Positions 50,025 to 62,611 of a DNA stretch of 64,000 bases are shown piece after piece. The translations under genes and the position numbers were made by a program. Within the stretch, counting starts at the first letter, position 1, and every line of letters starts with the position of its first letter. The notes below the pieces were generated by a model. The model was given only the letters and a program-made list of their open reading frames with translations, did no database searches and was not told the DNA's origin. The stretch is from positions 86,552,001 through 86,616,000 of the forward strand of contig OZ024740.1 of the NCBI GenBank assembly GCA_964016885.1, read 5' to 3'. The DNA is from Eledone cirrhosa (Eukaryota).

Positions 50025-50761
50025 ATACATAATCGGAGAAAGCTAATAGCGATACTCCGGCCAAATTCCAACTCACTCAACAAACATTAGGAAATACCTG
50101 AGTATATTCCTAATTAAACGTTCGGGGTGCTAACTAATTGTATTGTGTGGAAAATTGGCTGTATCAGTTCATATGAGATATATCAAATATATCTCTTCCC
50201 AGACGGACGTCTCGTTTCACTATAAGATTTCTACAAGTTGGGTGAAATTATACCAATTTATGTAGAAGCTTGTATAAGATCAACAGATACTTATTCAAGT
50301 GGGCTCTTATAATTCTTCAGTGGGTGCCCAATAATATTAATATTGATAATCAAATCAACATCAATATTTAGAGATAATCACCATCAGTGCTTGAGGGAGC
50401 TGCTAGTTTGTTAGTCCAGCAGTTCTAAAGAAAATCTCACACTGTCTCGAAAATAGGAGGAAGGAGATTATCGCCAAAAAACAATATATGCGCAGGTCAA
50501 TAAATTCTGAAAAGAATTCAAGCCACGTGCTAGAACTCAATTGGATATGAAAAAATAACCATATGTGCGCATCGCTTGATGACACACATAGATATTTTCT
50601 CGGCAAAATAACAGAATGAGATACAAGAACAAACAATCAATATTCATATAAAAAATAAACAAAGAGAGTCATACCTTATATCGGGAAAGTTCATATCTGT
50701 TGCTCCAAGAGTAAATATATAAATACATAATTGGAGAAAGCTAATAGCGATACTCCAGCCA
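50025..50761 (-). mobile_element. Retrozyme/solo-pLTR-like 698-bp unit with 39-bp terminal direct repeat, in (TA)n
   Basis: ATACATAATYGGAGAAAGCTAATAGCGATACTCCRGCCA at 50025 and 50723; internal HHR; TA runs on both sides. Confidence 0.75.
50198..50324 (-). ncRNA. Type I hammerhead with 77-nt branched insertion in stem II
   Basis: CCCA CTGAAGA ATTATAAGA [77 nt] TCTTATAGT GAAA CG-AGACGTC-CG TC TGGG. Confidence 0.8.
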
Positions 50762-50796
50762 TATATATATATATAACATATTTATTCATACATACA

Positions 50797-50848
<52 letters not shown>

Positions 50849-50888
50849 TGTATGTATGTATGAATAAATATGTTATATATATATATAA

Positions 50889-51036
50889 CGAAGGAATTGT
50901 GGTAAGGAACCATATCGACCATAACGTACCAGAGTACTCAATACTTAGTGGGTAATAGGAAAAGTATGACCCCGACGGAGTCCAGAAATAGCCGTCGAAA
51001 TGGCTTGAGCTCTGTCGTCGGGGTCATACTTTTCCT
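50889..51036. mobile_element. Miniature inverted remnant of PLE family A termini
   Basis: 50889-50978 matches 1556-1656; 50979-51036 matches 6459-6515; (TA)n on both sides. Confidence 0.85.
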
Positions 51037-51046
51037 ATATATATAT

Positions 51047-51694
51047 CTATATATATATAAAATTGTATTCCTGTTTGTTTATTTGTTTGTTCACGAACTA
51101 CTCCTATAGTTTTGGAGATAGACCCCCATAACCATATATATTCTGAAACTATATTGCCCAGGGTACATGGATAATTATATTTCATTTCAATCAAAAAGTT
51201 CCCCGGGGGCACAAACTCCCGCTGAAAACATTTTCCCTTCGATTTATATGAAATTTAAACTATAGGTAAATGACAAGATATGATGCCTATTCACAAAATT
51301 TCAACAAATTTCAATATTAAGACACCCTAATGGGTGTTAAACCCCCTATTAGAGTTTCCCAAAAGTACAAACCCCCGCTGAAAATTGTTTCCCTTCGATG
51401 TATATGAAATTTAAATCATAGTTAAATGACAAGATATGATGCCTATTCACAAAAGTTTTGAATTGATATTTTGAAAAAAATTATTTACAAGAAACAAAAT
51501 AAGAATAAGTAATTTTGATTTGATATATTACAAAAAATAATGTTTTCCAATTGTTCATGCATTACATTTTACATTGAGTAATATTGAAATGCAGAGTTTT
51601 TCTCCATAAATTATATCACTGATTTAAAATAAATCGTCATTTTCTTACCAAAAAAATGTGTGAAACGCAGCAAGGCGCGAGTAATTCGGCTACT
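51047..51694 (+). mobile_element. Non-autonomous Helitron-like element with internal ~90-bp duplication
   Basis: 5' TCTATATATATATAAAATTG..(TTTG)n; 3' GCAGCAAGGCGCGAGTAATTCGGCTAC; 51210-51300 repeats at ~51366-51455. Confidence 0.65.
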
Positions 51695-51774
51695 ATATAT
51701 ATATGATATTTGTAATATATTTTTAATATGCTTGTGTATGTATTTATATATATATATATATATATATGCATGTA

Positions 51775-51847
<73 letters not shown>
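51775..51847. repeat. (TAG)n microsatellite
   Basis: Directly visible. Confidence 0.97.
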
Positions 51848-52239
51848 CAGATGAAGTCGGAGATTGAATAATCTTAGTTCATCTCAGCGAGATATTTAAA
51901 CGCAGACAGTGCCCAGAAACAATGGGTCTCAATTGAACAAGATAGACAAAATATGGAATATTCACCACAAGTTATCTATGAGGAAATCAACATGTTTCCT
52001 TTAATATTGACCATGTCTACTGCTGTTGAATAAAAGACAGCCACACAATTTATATATAAATATACACACATACGTGTTTTTGCGTATATATACTTATGAG
52101 CATGTATATGGATACATATTTATATATATATACATATGTGTATATATGTGTATGTGTGTCTGTGTGTGCGTGTTTATATTTATACATAGAGAGAAAGAGA
52201 GAGGAAGGGAGTGAGATACATACATTTTAATTAACTTGC

Positions 52240-52553
52240 ACACCGTCGGTTGCGACGATGAATGTTCCAATTGATCCGATCAACGGAACAGCTTGCTCAT
52301 GAAATTAACGAGCAAGTGGATGAGCATTCCACAGACACGCGTAGCCTTAACGTTCTCTGGGAGATTCAGCTTGATACCGAACGTGACAAGGCTGGCCCTT
52401 CGAATTACAAGTACAACTCATTTTTGCCAGCTAAGTATACTAAAACAGCAGGAAAAATAGTGTCTTGCTCAAGGACACAACGCACCGCCGGGAATCGAAC
52501 TCAGGACAGTATGGTTGTGAACCGAATACCTTCACCACAAAGCCATGCACCTT
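52240..52553 (-). mobile_element. tRNA-derived SINE, second family
   Basis: Minus head TGGCTTTGTGG..GAGTTCGATTCCCGG then TGTGTCCTTGAGCAAGACAC; homologous to 12675-12940. Confidence 0.8.
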
Positions 52554-53801
52554 CATGCATACATGTGTACATACATGTTACATATAGATTACTAACTTTG
52601 TTGGTTTCTTGTGAAGTTTACTATAATCCTTCTGATAAATATATTCTATAAATAATAAAAACTAACTTAAACCAAATAATTACTGTTGCAAACGCAGAAA
52701 AGGTTTATATTACCTTGTAATTAGAGAATCCACATCAACGTATCTAGTATGTATATGTACGTATTCATTAAAAAAATTATTTTATCCGACCTGTAATCTT
52801 CTAAATATAGATATGCGGGTGAACAGGGTGGAGGAATCCTTTAAATGAAAAGAGCAAATTGCAAGTGCGTAAGAACTTGGAGTGCGCATCTGTTAAAGCA
52901 AATAATGAATCTTAATTTTACAAATTCATATGTATGCACACGATCACACTATGCAATATTAATTAGAATTTTATAATGCATTAATTAACCAGATAGTTTA
53001 ATGCTTTAAATATCATAGGACTAGAGGCGCCACAATGTATAATGTCTTAATCCTAATTTAAGCACAAGGCCACCAATTTAGTGTAAGGGGAAATTCAATT
53101 ATATTGAGCGCAGTATTTGATTTGTAGTTTATTTTATCAAACACGGAAAGATAACAGACAACGTTGATCTCGGTGACATTTGAAATTAGACTGTAAAAAC
53201 CCAGAACAAATGCCGCAAAGCATTTTGTCCAATGCTTTAGCAATTCTCTCAATAATTCACTACGATAAACGATCTAAATATAATGGAACTTCTTATATTG
53301 CAGCTAAATGAGAAGATTGCTTTTTTGTTTTATTTTGTGGAGCTCTGAGGTGCTATATGTGACTGATAATGCAACGACTTTTAGTTGGGTTGCAAGATTG
53401 TTATCCATAAGTCTTGCAAATAAGTGGTTCTTGCTTAAATTTAAGTGTTAGAAAAGAGTAGGTGTCAAAAAACAGAAATAAAGTTTTCGTCACGTGGTTG
53501 CTCAAATGTGGATATGTTTCAATATCTACGTTGGATTTATTATAAGATTCCAAACGAGATTAAAGTAGTAAATTTCGATATCAAAGTATTATAGGATTGT
53601 AGATGAATTAACTCAAGCTACAAGGATTCAGGAGCTTCATCTGGCATCATACGTCAAAAATAGTTTCACATAGATGTAATTCGAGTTGATGATTTGTTAA
53701 ATCTTGAAAAAAATACCTTTCAAAATGATTAAAATTATTGAAAATTCCTAAGTATACTCCATCACTTAATCTCGTTTCTGTTCTTTCAGTGTTGTAAAAT
53801 G

Positions 53802-53825
53802 TCTCTCTCTTTTTCTCTCTCTCTC

Positions 53826-53895
<70 letters not shown>
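53802..53895. repeat. (TC)n microsatellite
   Basis: Directly visible. Confidence 0.95.
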
Positions 53896-53898
<3 letters not shown>

Positions 53899-55415
53899 GT
53901 GTGTGTGTGTGCGTGTTTGTGTGTGTATGTGTGTGTTTTAATTAATGTGTGTGTTTTAATAAACAATTGCAACATAGACTCAAATTGTTGATATTGATAA
54001 AAACTATAATGTACTGACTCCAATCCTTATCATTAATAAGTCTAGACACAACCAACAAAAATAGCAAATTACGTAACCACTTTTGGTCCTCTATCTTCAT
54101 AATGGTAATTCCTTTAATATTCCTTGACATTATCACTTCATCTTTCAGTATAAAGTAATTTTTAGCCAGTGGACGTAACAATCTTAAAATAATCACATTT
54201 CACTTACTTCGAACTCCCTTAATTTATTATTAATTCTCTTCTCTGCTACTCACTCCCTTATATTTTTCATTATGGCTACCACTATCATCATTGTTTCAAT
54301 CTTAGAAAATGTCAATAACGCACTATTAATGTGTGCTCATGTTTCATCAACTATTTCTTATTCAAAATAACAAGTCTTGTCACAAATGTCACGCTGTCCG
54401 ATAACATGCAGCTAAGTTTATCATCTGTAGATGAAAATCACTTTATTGCTGATTTGACCTCAGAATAAGATTTGTATCTCCTGAATTCCTTGCATCGATT
54501 TTTAAGCAAATAATACGTTATCTCACGTATGGATGGTCAACTTCGTTTTATCATATGTGTGTGTTATTTATAGGTATTGAATGAAAGAAATTCTGAGGAT
54601 TATTGTATAAAGGATACTTGGATATTACAGAACATTTTTTTTTAATACAGTCAAGAACTTTCTTCCTTAATAAGCTAATATTCTAAAAAAAAGATCAAAC
54701 TTTCTATGGAGTTAAAATTCGTGCAAGAGCAGGATCATTCATTTTAACAAACTCGCCTTCGATGCATAGCTTAACTTTCTTTGTCATTAGCTGATTCTCC
54801 ATAACATGCATACGTTACAGGGGTATATTGCTGTTTACATAAGGAATCTTTTTTAAAATTGCTGGCTTGTAAAAAAGCCTGGGTTTATTTTAGTCTTTCT
54901 ATGCCTGATAAAGTTGTGGCGTTCAAGATTGAATTTTTTAAGTGACCGAATCTTAAAAAACCGACTTCATTTACATCAGACAAAATAATTATCTGTCCAT
55001 TTTCATCGAACTTTTGCCGGCCACATTTCTTTTTCTTTTGCTAGAATTAGCTATAGTAGAAGTAGTTATTTTTATACATATTATAATGTAAAACTAAACT
55101 GTAATGATGCAACTGACAATATCATCACCAACAACAATAGCCAAAACAGTACAAGCTGAAAGCAGTGGATTTTAGGGAGGAGGGAAAATGTTACATGAGT
55201 TTAATAAACATGTAACTACTATATATAAAAGGCAAACACAGAAATAAAAAAATAATTAATTGTTTCTACTATTGGCACAAGGCGAGCAATTACCCAGTAC
55301 ATTACTGGTACTTTATTTTATCGACCTCGTAAGGATGAAAGACAAAGTGAACCTCGGCATGTTATTGGGTTTACGCTTAGACGAAAGATAAAGAAAAGTG
55401 AGTTCAACGTATCGG

Positions 55416-55483
<68 letters not shown>

Positions 55484-55550
55484 TGTATCTCCACAGTTGT
55501 AATATGTCCAATAAATTCCTTTCGTCGCAACACTAATTCTCTTTTTTTCT

Positions 55551-55622
<72 letters not shown>

Positions 55623-55625
<3 letters not shown>

Positions 55626-56355
55626 GAACAAATAAAACAAAATAAACACAGGGAAGCAAAAATACAAAGTCTTATTAGGTTCATGCTTAGAGGAAGTGGC
55701 AGAACGTTCTACGTTTCGGACGGATGTCTTTCGTCGGGAAAGTTCAGATAGGGAGAGAATAGGTAAGTACATGAAAGTTGTTATATGAAAGTTTGGAAAG
55801 GAAAAGTACATGAAAGTTAGGAAAATATTGTTAGGTTGAGGTGGTAGGTGAATGGTCTGGTATTCGGGAGTGGAACCCCCATGTGGAGGTCAAGGTGTGC
55901 AGTGGGTGTGGTTGTGTGTGTGTGTGCCAATGCGATGAAATTTGTAAGTGTGCATTATGGCTTCAATGTGTGTGCATGTATGAAGATGTGCGTGTCTCTG
56001 AGTCTTATATTGTTGGTGTGCGCACACTGGTGTGTGTGTGTGTGTGTGTGCCTGAGAGTCCTTTGTTTTTGTGCATGTGTGTGTGCGTGAGTGTGTGTCC
56101 GTGGATGTGCAACTTTGTGAGTGTGTGCGTGTGTGCGTGGACGCGTGTATTTGACTATTGTTTCTATGTATGAGAGCGTGTGCGTTTGTGTATTTTCACG
56201 TATGTGTCGGACGAGTGACTGTGTACATGTGTCTCTATGTGTGTATTTGTGACTTTCTGTATTGTCTGTTGCAGAATAATTTTGTGTGCATGTGTGAGGG
56301 GTAAATGTGTATATGTAACTTTTTTCTATTTTTTCTATGTATGCGAGTGTCTAGG

Positions 56356-56430
<75 letters not shown>

Positions 56431-57250
56431 CGTATGTGTCGGATGAGGGTGTTGCGTATGTGTCTACAGCAGAATTACTTTGTGTGCATGTGTGCATGTG
56501 TGTATGTTTGTGCATGGGTATTCTCTGTGTGTGTATGTGCGTATGTGAATATCCATGTGTAAATCGGTGTCCAAGAGAGATGTATAGAGCTAGTGCGATT
56601 AGTGATGTATTCAGAGAGGAAGTGGTTAGGTGGTGGAGAGGAGGGAAAGGGAAGGGTGAGAGAGGTGTTGAGTCACTGAGAAGGGAAGTGGTCTGGAGGG
56701 AGGTGTGGTGGCAGTGTATGTATGATTACGTGTGTGTATTGGTGGTACATGGGTGAATGCAGTAGTAAATGAGGTTGTTAGTAGTTGGTGGGTAGGTGTG
56801 ATTGGTGGTGGAGTAGCGGCGAACGAAGGTAGTTTGACCAGTGAGGGGATTCCAGTGTATGTAGAGATTATTTGTAGTGTAAGATGGTGAGGTGGTTCGG
56901 GTGTGTTTGAGTGGTAGAGTTGCTGATTGTGGGGGTAGCCTGGGGCTAGTAGTGTTAGTGGTGGATAGTATGGTCCGTTAGTTAATTAGTTAATGCTGTT
57001 GATGGGGTTATGTGTAGGCGCATCATATGGGTTTAACTAGTAAATTGGTTGTGTAGGTATGTGTGTGTATATGTTGCTGTATAGGGGTGTGATGAGCTAA
57101 AGAAAGAGGGTGGGGAATTTAGACGATTTTCCGTCCAGGTGTGGAGAAAAAAACTTTTGTGCGCTGCTCATGTCTCAGGTGTGTGTCAGGGGCTCCGGAG
57201 CACGCAATGTGGCTGCAGACAGTAAGGTTGTGGGTGGAGTTCATCCGGCG
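55623..57250 (-). mobile_element. Diverged PLE family D-related 3' fragment with degenerate HHR (55707-55740)
   Basis: Minus HNLTVCSHIACSGAPDTHLRHEQRT resembles HHLTVCGLLQCHGTPATLLRVEQRT; C/A-rich UTR; TTC CCGACGA AA GAC-ATCC-GTC C GAAA CG TA GAA; 3' end at (TA)n. Confidence 0.78.
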
Positions 57251-57414
57251 GGTTTTCAGTTTCCACGAACAAAATTTTATCCAGGAAGTTTGGTTTGACC
57301 TGAGACTATAGTAAATGACAATTGGCCTAAATGCTGCACAGTGGGACCGAACCTAGAACATCAGGAAATTCTTAACAAATTTGCCGTGCTATGTCCATGG
57401 GTATGTGTTATATA

Positions 57415-58268
57415 CAGGGTGCATCAGTCTTTAAAGACACCTTTTTCTTGAGATTTAACTTTCTTGTTACTAATTTGTTTTGTTTAAATTTTCCGATAAA
57501 TAATACCAGACATTAAATTGACTCAACACATGAAAATGCACGCTGTAATCGTTGCCTTAAAACCACAGCATAGTGGTACAGCGATAGTTTCCTTTTTGAA
57601 AGTTAACCGATCCTTTGTCGTCAAAGTTAGAAAGGACCTGTAAGCTGCCGACGGGGAGCCAATATTAGCAGCCAAGCGCAAAACGCATGCACAATCAGAA
57701 CTGCTAAATTTGTAAAAAGAAAAAAAAAAAAAGTCTTGCCTCTTCATTTTTTTCTCAGGGTCAATGCTGATGTCTACAAAGGGGTTTTGGAGACAGTTGT
57801 GAAGTCTGGATAGACAGGGTAAGCAACGGTAGACCGTTCGTCTTCCAACAAGACTCTGCGCCCTCTCATAAGGTAAGAACGACATATGTATTGATGCATG
57901 ACAACCTCCATGGCCACGTTCTTCCATACACACGGCCTCCTAGCTCACTAGACCTCAACCCCCTGGATTATTATGTATGGGGCGCAGTTGAAAGACAGGT
58001 CAATCACCGCCATCAAAACACTATAGATTCGCTCAAGTTCGCCATTACCAACTCCAGTATTGATAGATGTCATCTGATTCGGACATGCCAGTCATTGAAG
58101 CAGTCATTGAAGCAGTCATTGAAGCTAACGGAGGATCTATTGACTAAATATCATAAATGTATTGTAAATAATATTTATACCATTGTGTATCTAATATAGC
58201 ATTTCTTTGATGTCTATGCGTCTTTTTCTAAATTCATGCAAATGTCCTAAAAAAACTGACTCACCCTG
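57415..58268 (+). mobile_element. Internally deleted Tc1/mariner-superfamily transposon with TIRs and TA flanks
   Basis: TA|CAGGGTGCATCAG...CTGACTCACCCTG|TA; motifs FQQDSAPSH and PPSSLDLNPLDYYVWG. Confidence 0.85.
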
Positions 58269-58393
58269 TATTAATGAAATTGAAAAAAGTATGGAAAATA
58301 CTAACAAGATAGTACCGTGAACTGTCTTTCAATATATACATTTTCTTTGTTGTCGGCAGTCAAAGCCTTATTTGTTGTAATTATAATTCCGAA

Positions 58394-58585
58394 GGGCGGT
58401 GGATTGGCAGTATCAGTAGAGAGTCGGACGCCATGCTTTCCAGCATAGTTACGTCCCTTTACGGTCTGTGTTCAAATCCCGCCGAGGTTAACTTTGCCTT
58501 TCATCCTTACGGGGTCGATAAAATAAAGTACCAGTAATGTACTGGGTAATTGCTGGCCTTGTGCCAAAAGTAGAAACAATTATAA
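58394..58585 (+). mobile_element. Full-length tRNA-derived SINE (Meta-like core), young
   Basis: GGCGGTGGATTGGCAG..GTTCAAATCC..GCCTTTCATCCTTACGGGGTCGATAAAATAAAGTACCAG; flanked by the direct repeat AATTATAATTCCGAA (58379, 58577). Confidence 0.88.
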
Positions 58586-59217
58586 TTCCGAACCTAATAC
58601 TAACTCTACATCCATCATCTGTTGTTAACTGTCCATCGATCTCTGCCACTAATCATAATATCCAGAGTGCTAAGTGAAAAAAACAACTCTCTCAAAATAA
58701 ACAGGAACACCTATAAAGCTGTAAATCTCATAAAAGTACGTGTCACTGTGAAAAAGACTTTAATTACCTAACTAATTAGGCATTTCCATCAGGAGCAATC
58801 CATCTCTAGAGTGTAACAAAAATAATTGAGCTCAACGTAAAGATAGCATTATTGTCAACATCTAGGGGAAGACGGCGACACAAACGTTTATGTCGACCAG
58901 AAACATACAGAGAAATTTGCTTAATTCTTTCATAACAGAGCAGCGTGAATGTTGGAAGACACATTTAAAGATATAAACAATATTAACACAGAGGAGAAGG
59001 GGTAGGGGCAGGAGGGGAGGAGTGGGAAGAGGAGAAGAAGAAGAAGAAGAAGAAGAAGAAGAAGAAGAAGAAGAAGAGGAGGGGTAGAAGGAGGAAGACG
59101 AGGAAGAGGAGGTAGAGGGGGAAGAAGGGGTAAACCCCAGGCCATCCCTCATCGAGCAGACCTAGGACTGAAAATGTTACACCCATGACCATCTCATCAT
59201 TTTTCAGCATAATGCAG

Positions 59218-59382
59218 CAGTATCGGTAGAGGGCCGGACGCCATGCATTGCAGCAGAGTTACGTCCCTTTACGGACTGGTTCAAATCCCGCCGAGGTTAA
59301 CTTTGCCTTTCATCCTGACAGGGTCGATAAAATAAAGTACCAGTAATGGACTGTCCTTGTGCCTAAAGTAGAAACGATTATT
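59218..59382 (+). mobile_element. tRNA-derived SINE (Meta-like core)
   Basis: Close copy of 58410-58585. Confidence 0.85.
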
Positions 59383-59759
59383 CATTGTGTTTTTTTTCTC
59401 TTTTTAAGTCTGTTGGGCAGAGATTAAGAAACTGTACCGCGACACTTTAGCGTGTCACTGATAATTTGATCACATTTTAAGAATATTTGGTTGTGAAATA
59501 TATTTGTGATCCGACAACTCAGCATATAATTCGATATCATACTGGTGACACATGATTTTATATATTGGTTTATATATAGGTTTTTATTAAATAATTTCCT
59601 TATCGAAAACAAAACTTAATTAACGTGTCACGAAATATTTTGTTTTTATAAAATGTGTAACCAACGTGAAGAGTTGGCATATTTCTGCTGCTGAGTGTAA
59701 TTGAAGAGAGATTTTGCTGTTATTCCTTGCAGAACTTTTCACTATTTAGAAGATCCCTG

Positions 59760-59915
59760 CTGAGTTACTGGTTAAGAAGTTCACTTCCCATTTATATAAT
59801 TCCAAGTTCGATCCCACTACACAGCATTTTGGACGAATGACTTCTGTTATAGCTTCGGCTCGACAAAATCACAGGAGTGGAAGTTGATAAGCGATAAGTG
59901 TAAGGAAGCCCGTAG
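59760..59915 (+). mobile_element. Degenerate tRNA-derived SINE, third family
   Basis: TGGTTAAGAAG..GTTCGATCCCAC head and GAAGCCCGT tail; a related minus fragment lies at ~57248-57355. Confidence 0.55.
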
Positions 59916-60462
59916 TGATATATATGTATAAATACATTCATGCACGTACATATATAATAAAACCATAGACGTTTATCGAGAAATGGCATGTGTAGCGTTG
60001 TATATATATCAATATAGTACCATCAGAAATGCAGCAGATACAAAGGATGAACAGACATCTGCAACTTTACCTTGTCAACCACCATACTGGCGTGCAATTT
60101 CGTAAATTAAAGTGATACAGCACTTGTAATGACAGTTTTTGCAATAGATTGGAGAACGATCTGTTGATAAGATGTATGTGAGACGATAATAAATAAAAGA
60201 ATGGCCAGGAAAATTTACGAGGGCTTTTCGACAAAACAGAAATAAATGCAGAAACAATTACAACTAGAAATAAGAAGAACCAACACCATAAGCCCACCAG
60301 CTGGTACATCACTAATATTTGTACAGGTGTGAGCTCTCTGAAGAGTTCGTATCTGAGGATTACATAACAGATATCATCGAATACGTATAACGGTGATTAC
60401 ATAATAAAGAGAATGTGGTGAAATTCTAGTCTACTACCTTCTACTTCATAACTATACCAACG

Positions 60463-60464
<2 letters not shown>

Positions 60465-60527
<63 letters not shown>

Positions 60528-60553
60528 CGCGCGTGTGTGTGCGTGCGCGCGTG

Positions 60554-60651
<98 letters not shown>

Positions 60652-60682
60652 TTTGTGTGTTTGTGTGTTTGTGTGTTGTGTG
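60465..60682. repeat. (GT)n/(GC)n microsatellite
   Basis: Directly visible alternating purine-pyrimidine tract. Confidence 0.97.
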
Positions 60683-60689
60683 TTAGAAT

Positions 60690-61082
60690 TAGCGCACTCG
60701 AGTCATCCACATTTGGGGCAATCACAAAGGTCAAACCAGCCAGAGCGCAATGGAAGGGCCTCACTCTGGAAAATCGCCTAGCTCATCCTGATTAACACTT
60801 GTGCCAGAGAATTGAGAGATCACAGCTCCGATACTATGGGCATGTAGTTGGAAAGCCTCTGGGAAGAATCGCTGGACAGATTTTACGGGAAAAACCAACC
60901 GGCGGGAGACCGAAGGGTGACCCTGAGCAAGATGGTGGGATAACACCCATGAGCTTGGCTGCTCTCGCTTGGGGATCCAGCTGGATTAGTTGTAGACTTG
61001 CTTCTCACAGGACTCACTTGAAGGAGTATTTGAGGACTCTGCTCCCACGACCCTCTCATGAATAAGTGGGTGAAGACGAAGA
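60690..61082 (+). mobile_element. RTE LINE 3' fragment
   Basis: RIERSQLRYYGHV...PTGGRPKG motif, frameshifted afterwards. Confidence 0.7.
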
Positions 61083-61145
61083 TATATATATATGTGTGTA
61101 TGTGTATTTATATATGTATGCATGTATGTATATATGTATGTATAT

Positions 61146-61382
61146 ATGTATGTATATATATATATACAGGCATTGCTTTATATCTGGAGATCTCTCTGCA
61201 CTTGTCGTCACATGGTACCATGGGCCCAGCACTAAGTGTCAATAATTGTCACAAGTGTAGTGTTTGTACCAGAGTTTTCAAGTCGCTGGCTGGACTAAAA
61301 AGTCACACTCGTTCAGCGCGTCGGTAGGGGTTCTCCTACATGGATATAAAGTAGTGGCCGTACTCGAAAACGAGTTGGCAGC

Positions 61383-61388
<6 letters not shown>
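61146..61388 (+). mobile_element. RTE-family 3' fragment (C2H2 finger + 3' stem-loop)
   Basis: HKCSVCTRVFKSLAGLKSHTRSARR*; flanked by (TA)n. Confidence 0.8.
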
Positions 61389-61444
<56 letters not shown>

Positions 61445-61588
61445 TATTTTCCGTTGTGTTGTAATATAAATATTACACACAGTAGATTGACAGCACACGT
61501 AGAGTTTGCTCGACGGTTCCAGTTGTAGTTCCAAAAGTAATCCGGAGAAAAATAGAAAGATTTGAATGGATACAGTTTAGTTGAAAGG

Positions 61589-61716
61589 AATTTATTGACA
61601 CGTGTTTCTATAACAGTTACATAACCTGAAAACAGCTGCAATCTACAAAGTTTTAGTTATGCAGACATTCAATATTTCAATGTTATTATTTACTGTCATT
61701 TCATCAGAATAATATT
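61589..61716 (-). ncRNA. Type I hammerhead with 74-nt branched stem II insertion (family F, left arm)
   Basis: TTATT CTGATGA A ATGACAGT [74 nt] ACTGTTAT A GAAA CACGTG TC AATAA. Confidence 0.75.
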
Positions 61717-62300
61717 ACTGAGGACCTATTTGGTTTTTATAGAGAATATTAGGAGGGAGGGGTGAAGTTGTTAGAAGAATAGTTGAGGGAGTGGTTTTTT
61801 GATAGCAGTGAGAATTTGGTGGCAGTGAGTAATTAGATTCCCATCTGTTGTTTTGACATTTTTATAGAATATATTATTGGTTATTTTTCTAAATCTATAG
61901 AAGGATTAGAGATAGTAAAGATATGCGTGGTTGGTTTTGTGTTTGCACTTAATTAACATTCAGACTTAAATTTTTCTTTCAAGTGTACGTATCCTTTCAC
62001 CCACGCATTCACACACAAATATATTTGCACACCTCTACAAAATACATATACTCACATTCACATAGTAACATGTTCATACTTACATACATATACACATGCA
62101 CACATATATATATACACACATGTATTCATGTACATACATACGCGTTCATGTGTATACATTTTCATACTCAACTTATCTTTAATTACTCACTGCCACCAAA
62201 AATTCTCACTGCTATCAAAAAACCACTCCCTCAACTATTCTTCTCACAACTTCACCCCTCCCTCCTAATATTCTCTATAAAAACCAAATAGGTCCTCAGT

Positions 62301-62428
62301 AATATTATTCTGATGAAATTACAGTAAATAATAACATTGAAATATTGAATGTCTGCATAACTAAAACTTTGTAGATAGCAGCTGTTTTCAGGTTATGTAA
62401 CTGTTATAGAAACACGTGTCAATAAATT
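62301..62428 (+). ncRNA. Type I hammerhead with 74-nt branched stem II insertion (family F, right arm)
   Basis: Core 62310-62316, GAAA 62409-62412, palindromic CACGTG, GTC 62418-62420, stem I TTATT/AATAA. Confidence 0.72.
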
Positions 62429-62611
62429 CCTTTCAACTAAACTGTATCCATTCAAATCTTTCTATTTTTCTCCGGATTACTTTTGGAACTACAACTGGAA
62501 CCGTCGAGCAAACTCTACGTGAGCTGTCAATCTACTGTGTGTAATATTTATATTACAACACAACAGAAAATACTGTATATTCACCTCCTGTAAAGTCGAG
62601 CAACCACAACA

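Noticed and set aside
62310-62353. Compact hammerhead using the nearer GAAA (62339) and GTC (62351)
   Set aside because: Stem I does not pair after that GTC; the distal GAAA CACGTG TC AATAA satisfies all three stems.
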